Shown here: one piece after another, positions 23,573-34,124 of the stretch | Layout of the letters: each line of letters opens with the position of its first letter | Numbering within the stretch: the first letter of the stretch is position 1 | Assembly (NCBI GenBank): GCA_963749075.1 | Contig: CAVVLJ010000021.1 | Span: 32,001-96,000, forward strand | Direction of reading: 5' to 3' | From: an uncultured Pseudomonadota bacterium | Lineage (GTDB): Bacteria > Pseudomonadota > Alphaproteobacteria > JACZXZ01 | Length of the DNA stretch: 64,000 nucleotides | Translations under genes and position numbers: made by a program | The notes under the pieces: model-generated | Databases searched by the model: none | Seen by the model: only the letters and a program-made list of their open reading frames with translations | Told to the model about the DNA's origin: nothing

Positions 23573-24972
23573 GCGTGAACCCTATCCTCCCCGCTTGGTT
23601 GACCGCGCTGCCGCTCAAGGTGCGGCGTCTCGGCGAGCCTGCCCGAGAGGCTCACCGCGTGGACGCCGGAGATCTCGACCTCGACGATGGCGCCGAGCCG
23701 TTCCTCGCCGGCCGCCACGTTCACCACCTGCATATATGGGCTGCGCCCGGCGAGCTGGCCCGGGCGCCGGCCGCGGCGCTCGAGCAGCACTGCAAGGTGC
23801 CGGCCGAGCAGGCGGGCGTTGAACGCGCGCTGCTGCGCCGCGATGAGCGCCTGGAGCCGCGCGAGGCGCTCGGCCTTCGCCTCCTCCGCGACCTGCCCGG
23901 CCATGCTTGCCGCCGGCGTGCCGGGCCGCGCGCTATATTGGAAGCAATAGGCCTGGGCGAAGCCGATCCCGCGCACCAGCGCCAAGGTTGCCGCGAAGTC
24001 CGCCTCGCACTCGCCGGGAAAGCCGACGATGAAGTCGGAGGAGAGGGCTAAGTCCGGCCGCACCTTGCGCAGGCGCTCGACGAGGCGGCGGTAATCGTCG
24101 CTGCCGTGGCCGCGGTTCATGGCGGCAAGGATGCGGTCCGAGCCCGACTGCACCGGAAGATGCACGGACGGCATCAGCTTGTCGACCTCGCCGTGGGCGG
24201 CCACGAGCTCGTCGTCCATCTGAAGCGGGTGCGAGGTGGTGTAGCGGATGCGGGCGAGACCGTCGATCGCGGCAAGCTGCCGGATGAGGCGGCCCAGGCT
24301 CCAGCTGCCGGCGTGCGCGGGCGGTCTGCCGTGATAGGCGTTGACGTTCTGGCCGAGGAGCGTGAGCTCGCGTGCACCCGCGGCCACGAGCTGCCGCGCC
24401 TCCGCCTCGATCTCGGCCGCGGGCCGCGAGTACTCGGCGCCGCGCGTGTAGGGCACCACGCAGAAGGTGCAGAAGCGGTCGCAGCCCTCCTGGATGGTGA
24501 GGAAGGCGGCGGGGCCTTGCGCGCGCCGCGCCTCGGGCAGCTCGTCGAACTTGCGCTCGACCGCAAAGGAGGTATCGAGCACTCTCTCGGCACCTGCCGC
24601 ACGGGCCACCATCTCGGGCAGGCGGTGGTAGGCCTGGGGGCCGAAGACCAAGTCGAGCGCCGGCTGGCGGCGCAGCATCTCCGCACCCTCGGCCTGGGCC
24701 ACGCAGCCGGCGACCGCGAGGATCAGGCGGCAGCCTTGCGCCTGGCGCGCCTCCTTGAGGCGGCGCAGGCGTCCGAGCTCGGAATAGACCTTCTCCGCCG
24801 CCTTCTCGCGGATGTGGCAGGTGTTGAGGATGACGAGGTCGGCCTCCTCGGCGGAGGCTGCGGCGGCGTAGCCGAGCGGCGCCAGCGCCTCCGCCATGCG
24901 GGCGGAGTCGTAGAGGTTCATCTGGCAGCCGTAGGTCTTGATGAAGAGCCTTCGCGTGGCAGCCGCACTCAT
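23569..24972 (-). CDS. miaB: tRNA-2-methylthio-N6-dimethylallyladenosine synthase
   Basis: [23 protein letters not shown] radical-SAM motif, C-terminal TRAM domain. Confidence 0.96.
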   Translation of the reverse strand: MSAAATRRLFIKTYGCQMNLYDSARMAEALAPLGYAAAASAEEADLVILNTCHIREKAAEKVYSELGRLRRLKEARQAQGCRLILAVAGCVAQAEGAEMLRRQPALDLVFGPQAYHRLPEMVARAAGAERVLDTSFAVERKFDELPEARRAQGPAAFLTIQEGCDRFCTFCVVPYTRGAEYSRPAAEIEAEARQLVAAGARELTLLGQNVNAYHGRPPAHAGSWSLGRLIRQLAAIDGLARIRYTTSHPLQMDDELVAAHGEVDKLMPSVHLPVQSGSDRILAAMNRGHGSDDYRRLVERLRKVRPDLALSSDFIVGFPGECEADFAATLALVRGIGFAQAYCFQYSARPGTPAASMAGQVAEEAKAERLARLQALIAAQQRAFNARLLGRHLAVLLERRGRRPGQLAGRSPYMQVVNVAAGEERLGAIVEVEISGVHAVSLSGRLAETPHLERQRGQPSGEDRVHA

Positions 24973-25790
24973 TGCGCCGCCTCCAGCGCCGCCTCGTCCG
25001 TCTCCTCGGCAGTACCCCGCCCGGCGAGCGCGCGCGCCACCCCGGCGGCGACGTGGCGGAAGCAGTAGTCGGCCAGCGTCTTGCGCGAGGCGAAGGCCTC
25101 GTGCGGGGCAGGGGGGTGGAACTCCACCACCACCGTGGCGTTGCCGAGGGCCGCGACCTTCCAAAGATGGGGTGCCATCTCCATGTCGCCGTACCAGGCA
25201 TAGAAGGGGCGCAGAAAGCGGCCGAGCGGCGTGCCGTCGAGCGCCACATAGGCGATCGAGACGGGCTGCACGATGAGGCGCGTGCCCTCGATCTCCTCTT
25301 GCGCCACGGCGAAGAGGGCGCTCTTGAAGGGCAGCACGCGGTTGCCGTCGTTGCTCGTCCCTTCGGGAAAAAGCACGAGCTGGTCGCCGGCGGCGAGGCG
25401 CCGCGTGATCTCGTCGCGCTGGGCCGCGGCCTGGCGGCGCTCGCGCACCACGAAGATGGTGCGCTGCAGCTTGGCGAGGAGCCCGAAGAAGGGCCAATTC
25501 GCCACCTCGTGCTTGGCGATGAAGGAGCCCTCGATGAGCGAGGCGAGCACCATGATGTCGAGATAGGAGGTGTGGTTGCTCACGAACAGCACCGGCCGGC
25601 GATGCGCCTGCTTGCCGCGCACCTCGACGGTCATGCCGAAGATGCGGCAACAGGTGCGATGATAGAAGAGCGGAATGCGCTCGCTGGCGCGCGGTCCCAG
25701 GATGAGTGCCACGACCTGCGCCGGGATCAGCGAGAGAGTCAAGCCGATGTAGAGCAGCAGCCGGACGAGCGCGCGGAGCGGCGAGCCCAT
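24969..25790 (-). CDS. olsA: Lyso-ornithine lipid / lysophospholipid acyltransferase (PlsC family)
   Basis: [14 protein letters not shown] motifs; directly downstream of olsB. Confidence 0.8.
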   Translation of the reverse strand: MGSPLRALVRLLLYIGLTLSLIPAQVVALILGPRASERIPLFYHRTCCRIFGMTVEVRGKQAHRRPVLFVSNHTSYLDIMVLASLIEGSFIAKHEVANWPFFGLLAKLQRTIFVVRERRQAAAQRDEITRRLAAGDQLVLFPEGTSNDGNRVLPFKSALFAVAQEEIEGTRLIVQPVSIAYVALDGTPLGRFLRPFYAWYGDMEMAPHLWKVAALGNATVVVEFHPPAPHEAFASRKTLADYCFRHVAAGVARALAGRGTAEETDEAALEAAQ

Positions 25791-25794
25791 GGGA

Positions 25795-26637
25795 TTAATC
25801 CAGAGCCCCCCCGCTCTTGGCGACCCGCTCCATCGAGAAATGCTCGCGGTATTTCTCCGTCACCCAGCCGGTCTTGACGAGGATCAGCACGTCCGTCGTG
25901 TTGAACTGGTCGTCGATCACGGCGCCGTCGCCGACGAAGCCGCCGAGGCGCAGGTAGCCCTTGATGAGCGGCGGCAGCTCGGCGAGCGTGCGGCGCGGAT
26001 TGATCGTGGCGGGATCGAGCTGGCACATCTCGACGAAGCGGTCCGGAAGCGCGCGCGCGCGCAAGCCCGGCGGGGCGAGATGGTAGTGATAGAGATAGGT
26101 CAGCACGGCGGCATGCGCGCTCGCATCCGTGCCCGGCAGGCTGGCGCAGCCGAACATCAGCGCCACATCGTACGTCCAGACGTAATCGGCGATGCCCTTC
26201 CACAGGAGCTGCATGGTGCCGCGCGTGCGGTAGTCGGCGGCAACGCACGAGCGGCCGAGCTCGAGGATCTCGCCGGGATAGTCCTTGAGCTGGCCGATGT
26301 CGTACTCGCTCTCGCTGTAGAAGCCGCCCGAAGCGGCCGCCGCGGCGCGGCGGATGAGGCGGTAGGTCCCCACCACGCGCTCGCGGGCTTGGCACTTGTC
26401 GTTGTCGACCACGAGCAGATGATCGCAGGCCTCGTCGAAGCGGTCGAAGTCGAGCTTGCGGCGCGCGATCTCGGCGCTGGGCCTCGCCGACATCTCCTCG
26501 TAGAACACGCGATAGCGCAGCGCCATCGCCGCCTCGATCTCCTCGCGGTCCTGGGCGAGCCGGACCTCGAGGTTGCTCACCCGCGTCGCCGAGTCCGGTG
26601 CGGTGCGCAATTTCCTGAGCGGTGTCACCTTGCTCAC
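25795..26637 (-). CDS. olsB: Ornithine N-acyltransferase (GNAT, ornithine lipid synthesis)
   Basis: ALRYRVFYEEM, DRFD..CDHLLV, VGTYRL, LELGRSCV, LPPLIKGYLRLG. Confidence 0.88.
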   Translation of the reverse strand: MSKVTPLRKLRTAPDSATRVSNLEVRLAQDREEIEAAMALRYRVFYEEMSARPSAEIARRKLDFDRFDEACDHLLVVDNDKCQARERVVGTYRLIRRAAAAASGGFYSESEYDIGQLKDYPGEILELGRSCVAADYRTRGTMQLLWKGIADYVWTYDVALMFGCASLPGTDASAHAAVLTYLYHYHLAPPGLRARALPDRFVEMCQLDPATINPRRTLAELPPLIKGYLRLGGFVGDGAVIDDQFNTTDVLILVKTGWVTEKYREHFSMERVAKSGGALD

Positions 26638-26698
26638 GGTTGCGTCCTCCTTCTCTCGGGCGCGCGGGCGCGCTCCGGCGCCGCCAGCCGCATGTCGG

Positions 26699-27127
26699 TC
26701 ACTTCCTCGGCTTTCCCTGCGGGCCGAGCGGCACGCCGTAGAGCTCGAGGCGATGGTCGACCAGCTCGAAGCCGAGCTCGGTGGCGACTTCGCGTTGGAG
26801 CTGCTCGATTCTGTCGTTGGAGAACTCGATGACGCGGCCCGACTGGATGTCGATCAGATGATCGTGATGGGATTCCGGAATCTCCTCGTAGCGCGCGCGG
26901 CCGTCGCCGAAGTCGTGGCGCTCGAGAATGTTCGCCTCCTCGAAGAGCCGCACCGTGCGGTACACCGTCGAGATGCTGATGTGGGGGTCGATCTGCGTGG
27001 CGCGGCGGTAGACCTGCTCGACGTCGGGATGATCATGCGCATCCGACAGCACGCGGGCGATCACCCGGCGCTGGTCGGTCATCTTCAATCCCTTGTCCTG
27101 GCAAAGCTTCTCCAGCCGCGACGGCAT
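26699..27127 (-). CDS. fur: Ferric uptake regulator (Fur/Mur)
   Basis: KMTDQRRVIA, DHPDVE, STVYRTVRLF, HHDHLID, DHRLELYG. Confidence 0.93.
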   Translation of the reverse strand: MPSRLEKLCQDKGLKMTDQRRVIARVLSDAHDHPDVEQVYRRATQIDPHISISTVYRTVRLFEEANILERHDFGDGRARYEEIPESHHDHLIDIQSGRVIEFSNDRIEQLQREVATELGFELVDHRLELYGVPLGPQGKPRK

Positions 27128-27291
27128 GTCCCCATCTGCTCGTGTGGAATTGCTGCGGGCGAGTATAGCGGAAAAGCCCAGGGCCGCCTATCGCGTTCGC
27201 CGGCCCGGCCGCGGCGCCGGCACCCGCATGCCGGCCGCCGCGGGCGCTCGTGGCCGCTTCGGTCCCGCGGCCGGCCGAGCCGTCCCCGGCC

Positions 27292-27708
27292 TCAGCGGCC
27301 CGGCTTGCGGGCGCGCGTGCCCAAGCCGATTTCCTTGGCGAGCCGGCTGCGCTGCTTGGCGTAATTGGGCGCCACCATCGGATAGTCGCCCGCCAGGCCC
27401 CAGCGCTCGCGGTACTGCTCGGGCGTCAAATTGTACGCCGTCTTGAGATGACGCTTGAGCATCTTCAGCTTCTTGCCGTCCTCGAGGCAGACGATGAAAT
27501 CGGGGGTGACCGACTTCTTGATTGCCACCGCCGGCTGCGGCCGCTCGGGTGCCGCCTCGGCCGGCCGGTCGATGTCCAAGAGGCTTGCGTGGACCGATTT
27601 GATCAAGTTTGCCAAGTCCGTGACCGGGACCGTGTTCTTCGAGACGTGAGCGGCGACGATCTTCGCGGTCAAGGACAGAATTTCGTCGAGGTTCCTTTGC
27701 TCGGGCAT
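27292..27708 (-). CDS. mucR: MucR/Ros zinc-finger regulator
   Basis: PAVAIKKSVTPDFIVCLEDGKKLKMLKRHL, YPMVAPNYA. Confidence 0.95.
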   Translation of the reverse strand: MPEQRNLDEILSLTAKIVAAHVSKNTVPVTDLANLIKSVHASLLDIDRPAEAAPERPQPAVAIKKSVTPDFIVCLEDGKKLKMLKRHLKTAYNLTPEQYRERWGLAGDYPMVAPNYAKQRSRLAKEIGLGTRARKPGR

Positions 27709-27794
27709 AATACTGGCTCCTCCGGCTTGCGCTCTTGTGTTTATAAATACTTCTACCTTGCCCGACAACCTCTTTGGAGCGTCGAAAAAAGTCT

Positions 27795-28283
27795 TCACTT
27801 TTCAGACGCTTGGACGTTGGGCCCGCGGCGCATGACGAGTGCATCGGCGCTTCGGCCATTCTCCCGATGGTAGTAGGCGGCGCGTCTGCCCGCGGCCGCG
27901 AATCCGGCGCGCTCGTAAAGCGCGCGCGCCGCGGCATTGTCCGCCGCGACCTCGAGAAAGACGGCTTCGGCTCCGAGTTTCGCCGCCTTTGCAAGTGCCG
28001 CCTCGAGGAGCGCCTTGGCGACACCTTGCCGTCGGATTGCCGGCAGCACGGCAAATGTCAGGATTTCGCACTCGCCGCCGGCAGCGCGGCAAAGGATGAA
28101 GCCGAGCGGCGCCGTCTCGGGCCGCGCGGCCCTAGCGCCGGCGGCGAGCAGGGCAAAGCTGCCGGGCCGTGTCAAGAGCTCGGCGAACGCCGCGGGCGGC
28201 CACGGCTCGGCGAAGGCCTCGGCATGAATGGCGGCGAGGAGCTCGGAGTGCGCGGCCTGCACTTCCATCACGCGGTGGCTCAT
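27795..28283 (-). CDS. rimI: RimI-like GNAT acetyltransferase
   Basis: ECEILTFAV...RRQGVA, FLEVAADN, LYERAGF; overlaps the tsaB stop. Confidence 0.88.
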   Translation of the reverse strand: MSHRVMEVQAAHSELLAAIHAEAFAEPWPPAAFAELLTRPGSFALLAAGARAARPETAPLGFILCRAAGGECEILTFAVLPAIRRQGVAKALLEAALAKAAKLGAEAVFLEVAADNAAARALYERAGFAAAGRRAAYYHRENGRSADALVMRRGPNVQASEK

Positions 28284-28957
28284 GGCGCTGCCGCGCTGGG
28301 AGCCGATACGCTGGGCGGCCGGAGATAGAGCGGGGCGGGCGGCTCCGCCCGCGCCTCTCCGGCACGGCATGCCGCGAGGGCCGCCACCACTGCGGCATCG
28401 ATGTGCGCGGCCGTGGAGGCGAGGCCCACGTCGCGGCCGGCGGCCGCCAGCGCCGCGCACGCGCGCGCAGCGCCGTCGCCTGCGAGGAGGAGAGGTGCAG
28501 TACCGCTCCACGCCGCGATCCCGCTCGGCTCCAAGGCCACACCCGGGCCTGCCGGCTCGAGAGTCTCGCTGAAGGCCTGCACGAAGAGCTCGTCGCGCTT
28601 GCTCTCGATGACGGCGAGGAGGCGCCTGCCTTTGCGCTCCGCCGGGCGCGTGCCATGGGCGACGGCCGCGAAGCTGGTGATGCCGAGCATCGGGCGCGAG
28701 GCGGCGAGCGCCAGCCCGCGCAGCGTTGCCAAGCCGACGCGCACGCCGGTAAAGCCGCCCGGGCCGGTGGTGGCGGCGAAGAGATCGACCGCGGCGAGCG
28801 CCGTGCCGGCTTCCGCCGTCACCTCGAGAAGGAGCGGAAGCAGACGCTCGGCGTGGCCGCGCGGCATCGCCTCCAAGCGCCGCGCCCGGATGGCGCCGTC
28901 GGCCCAGAGGGCTGCGGAGCACGCGGCTCCCGAAGAGTCGAGGGCGAGGATCCTCAT
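28280..28957 (-). CDS. tsaB: tRNA threonylcarbamoyladenosine biosynthesis protein TsaB
   Basis: ILALDSS, GHAERL, GPGGFTGVRVG, PLYLR. Confidence 0.93.
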   Translation of the reverse strand: MRILALDSSGAACSAALWADGAIRARRLEAMPRGHAERLLPLLLEVTAEAGTALAAVDLFAATTGPGGFTGVRVGLATLRGLALAASRPMLGITSFAAVAHGTRPAERKGRRLLAVIESKRDELFVQAFSETLEPAGPGVALEPSGIAAWSGTAPLLLAGDGAARACAALAAAGRDVGLASTAAHIDAAVVAALAACRAGEARAEPPAPLYLRPPSVSAPSAAAP

Positions 28958-29019
28958 CGCCGCCGCGCCGTGCTAGAGAGACGAGCCAGATCAAGCTGCC
29001 GCCAGCCGAGGCCCGCCCC

Positions 29020-29571
29020 ATGATTCTCGTGCCGATCACCGAAGAGAGCCATCGCGTGACATTCTCGCTCGCCTATGCGACCGCGGCGAACTTCACCGGC
29101 CGGCCCATCTATCGACGGGCGGCGTGCTATCTCCATCCGCACGCGGCGGCAGCACTCGGCCGCGCCGTCGAGCTCGCCGCAGCGCTCGGCCTCCGCCTCA
29201 AGGTCTTCGATGCCTTCCGCCCCAGCGAGGCGCAGTGGGCGATGTGGGCTCATACGCCCGACCCCGAGTTTCTCGCCGACCCGCGGCGCGGCTCGCCCCA
29301 TTCGCGCGGCGTCGCCGTCGATTTGACGCTCGCCGATGGCGGCGGCGCCGAGCTCGAGATGGGCACGCCGTTCGATGCCTTCACCGAACGCTCCCATCAC
29401 GGCAGCCCGGCGGTGTCGCCGGCCGCCCAGCGCAACCGCCATCTCCTTCTCGGCCTGATGAGCGCCGCCGGCTGGGACTTCTACAGGAATGAATGGTGGC
29501 ATTACCAGCTGTTCGGCGCGCGCGGCTATCCCCTCATCTCCGACAGCGCGCTCGCGCAGCCGATGATGTGA
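29020..29571 (+). CDS. ddpX: D-Ala-D-Ala dipeptidase (M15D)
   Basis: YATAANFTG, FDAFRP, GSPHSRGVAVDLT, NEWWHY. Confidence 0.9.
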   Translation: MILVPITEESHRVTFSLAYATAANFTGRPIYRRAACYLHPHAAAALGRAVELAAALGLRLKVFDAFRPSEAQWAMWAHTPDPEFLADPRRGSPHSRGVAVDLTLADGGGAELEMGTPFDAFTERSHHGSPAVSPAAQRNRHLLLGLMSAAGWDFYRNEWWHYQLFGARGYPLISDSALAQPMM

Positions 29572-29581
29572 GGCGCGGGCC

Positions 29582-30631
29582 TCAGCCGTCATTGAACACC
29601 ACGCGCGTCACCACGCCGTCCGCGAGCCGGGCATCGTCGAGATCCGCAAGCGCGTTCGCCCGCATGACGCGGCGGAGCTCGCGCACGTAGAGAGCGCCGC
29701 GCGAGGAGTAGCGTTGGATGAGGCCCGCGAGCTTGTAGCCGTCGAGCCGCTCGTCGTGCGCGCGCTCGGCCGCGCGCAGCTCGCGGAATTTGCCGTAGGC
29801 GGCGGAGCCGTTGAGGTTCTGCGCATAGGCGCGCACCGCGTCGAGGAGGTGGTCGAAGGCACGGAGATGCTGCGCGCCGTGCCGCGTGGTGCCGGCCGGC
29901 ACGCGGGCGCCCGGCTCGTCCGCGGTGAACTGGCCAAAGAGCGCATTCGCGGCGTTTGCCGGGTGGGAGGTTCCCCAGCCGGTCTCGAGCGCCGCCTGGG
30001 CGAGGGCGAGCGAGGGGGGAACGATGTCGACGCGGCCGAGCAGATCGTCGAGCTCGTCGGGCTTGCCGCCGTACTGAGCGGCGAGGCGGATGAGCCAGTC
30101 GTGCTCGCTGAGCGTCAATGCGCCGCCGGACTCGAGATGCGCGCTCAGCGCCAGAAGGAGATGGCGCTCCTCGAGGATATTCTCGTTGACCGCGAGGACG
30201 AGGGGCAGGACGAGCTGGAAGAAGAGGGTCTTGCGCTGCGCGCTGCCATCGAGGGCGCGGAAGTCGGGCGGCAGCTTGGCCACGATGACGCGCGGCACCG
30301 CGATGGCGCCCTTTGCGTCGAGGCGATAGTCGAGGCGGCGGAACTCGCCGTCCAGGGCCGCGGCATCCTCGAGCGCCACCGTGCGCGCGACGCTCGGCGA
30401 CCATCTCGTGCCGCGCCGCGCGAAGGGGGCGTAAAGCGCATCGCCTGGCTGGGCCGCGCCGTCATCGCTGCCGGGAAGGGAGACGCGCGTGGCCTCGATG
30501 AAGGCGGCGCCGAGCGAGCCCGCCAGCTCGGCCGCCTGGCCGCAAGGGGCGAAGGCTGCGCTCATTGCCAGCGGCGCCATGCCGAGGAGCGCACGCTCGA
30601 GCGGCTTCAGTCTCAAGGTCCGCGTTGCCAT
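29582..30631 (-). CDS. Bax-like glucosaminidase (GH73) domain protein
   Basis: RKTLF...LPL....NE.I, RVDIVPPSLALAQAALETGWGTS, NALFG, YSSRG..Y. Confidence 0.82.
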   Translation of the reverse strand: MATRTLRLKPLERALLGMAPLAMSAAFAPCGQAAELAGSLGAAFIEATRVSLPGSDDGAAQPGDALYAPFARRGTRWSPSVARTVALEDAAALDGEFRRLDYRLDAKGAIAVPRVIVAKLPPDFRALDGSAQRKTLFFQLVLPLVLAVNENILEERHLLLALSAHLESGGALTLSEHDWLIRLAAQYGGKPDELDDLLGRVDIVPPSLALAQAALETGWGTSHPANAANALFGQFTADEPGARVPAGTTRHGAQHLRAFDHLLDAVRAYAQNLNGSAAYGKFRELRAAERAHDERLDGYKLAGLIQRYSSRGALYVRELRRVMRANALADLDDARLADGVVTRVVFNDG

Positions 30632-30793
30632 GAATATCCTTTCAGGCGGGTGGTCTCAGGCGAGTTGTCCGGAGGGGGGATGGCGGAGCGCCGCTAGGCG
30701 CGCGTCGCACCGGGCCCGCGCGCGGCAAGGCTGCCGCGCGGCAATCGGGCGCTGGCGGAATTCAATTGGAAACGGGTTCCGGCCGGGCGCTGG

Positions 30794-31345
30794 TCAAACC
30801 GCCCGCACCTCGACGACCTCGGGCAGATAGTGTCTCAGCATGTTCTCGATGCCGGCCTTGAGCGTCGCCGTCGAGCTCGGGCAGCCGGAGCAGGAGCCCT
30901 GCATGTGCAGGTAGACGACGCCGTCCTCGAAGCCGTGGAAGATGATGTCGCCGCCATCCTGCGCCACCGCCGGGCGCACGCGCGTGTCGATGAGCTCGCG
31001 GATCTGGGCGACGACCTCGCTCTCCTCGCCGGCCGCAACCCCGGCGCTGCCTTCGGAGGGCGCCAGGATGGTGGGCGCGCCCGAGGTGAAGTGCTCCATG
31101 ATGGCACCCAGGATCGCCGGCCTGAGGAGCTGCCACTCGCGGTCCGCCGCCTTGGTCACCGTGACAAAGTCGGTGCCCAGGAACACGCCGGACACCCCAC
31201 CGATTTGAAACAAGCGTTCCGCCAAAGGCGAGCGGTCCGCCGTCTCGGCGGTGGGAAAGTCGGCCGTACCCGAGGCCATGACTTCGCAGCCCGGGAGGAA
31301 TTTGAGGGTCGCGGGATTCGGAGTCTGCTCGGTTTGAATGAACAT
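30794..31345 (-). CDS. NifU/NfuA-type Fe-S scaffold
   Basis: MFIQTEQTPNPATLKF, VRPAVAQDGGDI, GSCSGCPSS. Confidence 0.94.
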   Translation of the reverse strand: MFIQTEQTPNPATLKFLPGCEVMASGTADFPTAETADRSPLAERLFQIGGVSGVFLGTDFVTVTKAADREWQLLRPAILGAIMEHFTSGAPTILAPSEGSAGVAAGEESEVVAQIRELIDTRVRPAVAQDGGDIIFHGFEDGVVYLHMQGSCSGCPSSTATLKAGIENMLRHYLPEVVEVRAV

Positions 31346-31482
31346 TCCGCTACCTATATAATCGGCGCCACGCCGAGTTAGATAGCGCGGGCGTGCTGGA
31401 AGATCAAGCGGACCATGATATATGCGTAGGCTCGCAGCACGGCGCCAGCGCCGATCGAGCGGTCCGGTCCAGGAGAATCCCC

Positions 31483-32736
31483 ATGAGCGAGGTGGCGCCG
31501 CGCCCCGCCGTTGACGCAGTGCTCCGGCGCTTGTCGCTGCCCGAGCCGATCGAATGGCTCCTGCTCGAGGGCCGCCGCATTCCCGATGGCCGGGTCTTCT
31601 TCGGCGCGCTCTGCGAGCGCCTGGTCGCAGCGGGCCTGCCGCTGTGGCGCGCCAATCTCTCGGTGCGCGTGCTCCACCCGCAGCTCAGCGCCGTGAACTA
31701 CGTCTGGCTGCGCGGGGCGCCGGTCGAGCGCATCGACCGCGAGCGCGGTGCCGAGCGGAGCGACGGCTATCTGGCGAGCCCGATCCGCGTCATCTACGAG
31801 GGCGCCTCCGCCTTGCGGCGCCGCCTCGATGTGGCCGAGCCGCAGCTCGATTTCCCGATTCTCGGGGAGCTGCGCGCCGCCGGCGCCACCGATTACGTGG
31901 CGATGGCGCTGCCGGACATGGAGGATCGGCCGGCCGCGATCACCTGGGCATCGGACCGGCCCGGCGGCTTCCCGGTCGAGCATCTGACGCTGCTCTACGA
32001 CATCCTGCCGATCCTCAGCCTCGTCGTCGAGGTGTACAAGGTGCGGCGTCTCGGCGCCACGCTTCTCGACGTCTATCTGGGCGCGCAGACGGGGCCGCGC
32101 GTTCTGCAAGGGGCGATCCAGCGCGGCCAGCACGAGACCATTCACGCCGTGCTGTGGTACTGCGACCTGCGCGGCTTCACCAACCTCTCGGATACCCTGC
32201 CGCACAACGAGCTCATCGAGCTCCTCAACGCCTATTTCGAGGCCGTGGGCCAACCCGTCATCGCGCACGGCGGGGAGATCCTGAAATTCATCGGCGACGC
32301 GGTGCTGGCGATCTTCCCGCTCGACGGCGGGCGCGGGAGCACGGGCGTCGAAAGCGGCGCGGCGGCGGCCGTCGAGGCGCTGGCGAACGTGCGGCGGCTC
32401 AACACGGTGCGCGCGGCGTCCGGGCTGCGCAGCATCAAGCTGGGCATAGCCCTCCACATCGGCGACGTGGGCTACGGCAATATCGGCACCCCGCAGCGGC
32501 TCGACTTCACCGTCATCGGCTCCGCGGTAAACAAGGTGGTCCGCATCGAGGCGCTTTCCAAGGTTCTGGACCGGCCGTTCCTGGTCTCCGCCGACTTCGC
32601 CCACGCCTATGGCCGGCCCCTCCTGTCTCTCGGCTTCCAGGTCCTGCGCGGCATCTCCGAGCCCGAGGAGGTCTTCGCCTACCCCGAACCCGCCGACGGC
32701 TCCGACGCTCGAGAGCCATCGGTGGCCGAGCTCTGA
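31483..32736 (+). CDS. Class III adenylate cyclase with N-terminal sensory (GAF-like) region
   Basis: CDLRGFT, LKFIGDAV, RLDFTVIG.AVN...RIE; AGGAG RBS before ATG 31483. Confidence 0.9.
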   Translation: MSEVAPRPAVDAVLRRLSLPEPIEWLLLEGRRIPDGRVFFGALCERLVAAGLPLWRANLSVRVLHPQLSAVNYVWLRGAPVERIDRERGAERSDGYLASPIRVIYEGASALRRRLDVAEPQLDFPILGELRAAGATDYVAMALPDMEDRPAAITWASDRPGGFPVEHLTLLYDILPILSLVVEVYKVRRLGATLLDVYLGAQTGPRVLQGAIQRGQHETIHAVLWYCDLRGFTNLSDTLPHNELIELLNAYFEAVGQPVIAHGGEILKFIGDAVLAIFPLDGGRGSTGVESGAAAAVEALANVRRLNTVRAASGLRSIKLGIALHIGDVGYGNIGTPQRLDFTVIGSAVNKVVRIEALSKVLDRPFLVSADFAHAYGRPLLSLGFQVLRGISEPEEVFAYPEPADGSDAREPSVAEL

Positions 32737-32874
32737 GGGCGCCGGGCACGGCGCGTACGCGTACGGCGCCCTTGGCGAAAAATTCGTTTAAATCAAGTCA
32801 ACGAACGGCGAGCGTGCGGATTGGCTCGTCGAGCGTACGTGCGGCTGGAAGCGGCTTGCAAGCACGTACTCCCG

Positions 32875-33360
32875 TCACGCAAGCAGGTCGATGCGCTCCT
32901 CGGCGAGGTTGCCTGGGACGATGGTGAGCGGCACGCGGAGCTTGGCGATGTGCTTGCCGCTCAGGGCGGAGACGAGCGGCCCAGGACCCTGCGGGCCGGG
33001 GTCGGCGCCGAGCACGAGACTGCAGATTGCGGGGTCCTCGTCGATGAGCTTGAGGAGCTCGTCGAGCGGCCGCCCTTCGCGGATATAAATCGCCGGCATG
33101 AGGCCGGTCCATTCGACCACCTTGGCCGAGAGCGCCTGGAGCTTCTCCTCGGCCTCCTGGCGCCCCTCGCGCTCGGCGAGCTTCTCGACCGCCATCCAGC
33201 CGATGCCCTCGGGCGGCTCGACCACCCAGAGGAGGGCGACGCGGCCGCCGCGCCGGCGGGCGCCGCGGCAGGCGAAGCGCAGCGCCAGGTTGAGCTCCTC
33301 GCTGCGGTCGACGACGACGAGGAAGACGTGATCGGCACCCCCCTTCGCATCCTCTGCCAT
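32875..33360 (-). CDS. Universal stress protein
   Basis: FLVVVDRSEE..ALRFA, LVLGA..GP.GPGPLV, PLTIVPG. Confidence 0.88.
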   Translation of the reverse strand: MAEDAKGGADHVFLVVVDRSEELNLALRFACRGARRRGGRVALLWVVEPPEGIGWMAVEKLAEREGRQEAEEKLQALSAKVVEWTGLMPAIYIREGRPLDELLKLIDEDPAICSLVLGADPGPQGPGPLVSALSGKHIAKLRVPLTIVPGNLAEERIDLLA

Positions 33361-33377
33361 GGCACGGCTCCGTCGCT

Positions 33378-34124
33378 TCAGGCCCTGCGGAAGATGGCGC
33401 CTGCGAGCCACCCTGCCACCAAGGCCATGGCGATTGCAATCGCGCCATAGGCCGCGGCAAAGCGGTGGGCGAAGTCGAAGATGTCGGCGCTGGCGCCCAC
33501 CTTGCTGATGACGAGGGGCGTGGTCTGGGCGCCGGCGACGGCACCGCCGCGCACGAGGAAGACCCGCACCTGATAGGTGCCGACCGGCACATTGGAGGGA
33601 AAGTTGAGGTTGACGCGGAAGAGCCGGCTGCCGAGGAACGTCACCTTGAGCGGCGCCTTGGAGTAGAGCCCCTCCGCCTCCTCGTCGCGGACGAGTGCGG
33701 CGCGGAATTCCGCGACCGCCGCCGGATCGCGCTCGACCTCCGGCACGAAGTGCAGATGCTCGCTGCCGATCTCCTCGCGCGCCTGCTCGGAGGCGGGAAC
33801 GATCTTGTCGAGCTCGCGGCTCGCCGCCACCACGTAGAAGGAGGGCACCGCGGCGAAGCTCATCTCCTTCCTGTTGAAGTAGATGCCGAGCGATCTCGCC
33901 TTGCGCCGCACGATGACGCGCTCGTCGGGCCCGCGCACCACCACCACCACGTCGCCCGGCCCCTCGACCGCACCGAAGAGCAGCACATCGGTGCCGGTGA
34001 AGCCCGTGGTGATGGCGACGAGGTGGCTCGAGAGGTCGGCGATGAGCGCCTGGGCCTGCGCCTCCGGCACCGCTGCCGCCGCGCTCAGAAGCGAGGCAAG
34101 GACGAGGGCGGCGCTACGCATCAT
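33378..34124 (-). CDS. TIGR02186 family membrane protein
   Basis: ADLSSHLVAITTGFTG.DVLLFG, VVVVRGP, FPSNVPVG; coupled to the TauE gene. Confidence 0.82.
   Translation of the reverse strand: MMRSAALVLASLLSAAAAVPEAQAQALIADLSSHLVAITTGFTGTDVLLFGAVEGPGDVVVVVRGPDERVIVRRKARSLGIYFNRKEMSFAAVPSFYVVAASRELDKIVPASEQAREEIGSEHLHFVPEVERDPAAVAEFRAALVRDEEAEGLYSKAPLKVTFLGSRLFRVNLNFPSNVPVGTYQVRVFLVRGGAVAGAQTTPLVISKVGASADIFDFAHRFAAAYGAIAIAMALVAGWLAGAIFRRA

Noticed and set aside
32737-32771. CGTACGCGTACG palindrome
   Set aside because: Most simply part of a hairpin between convergent genes; single occurrence.
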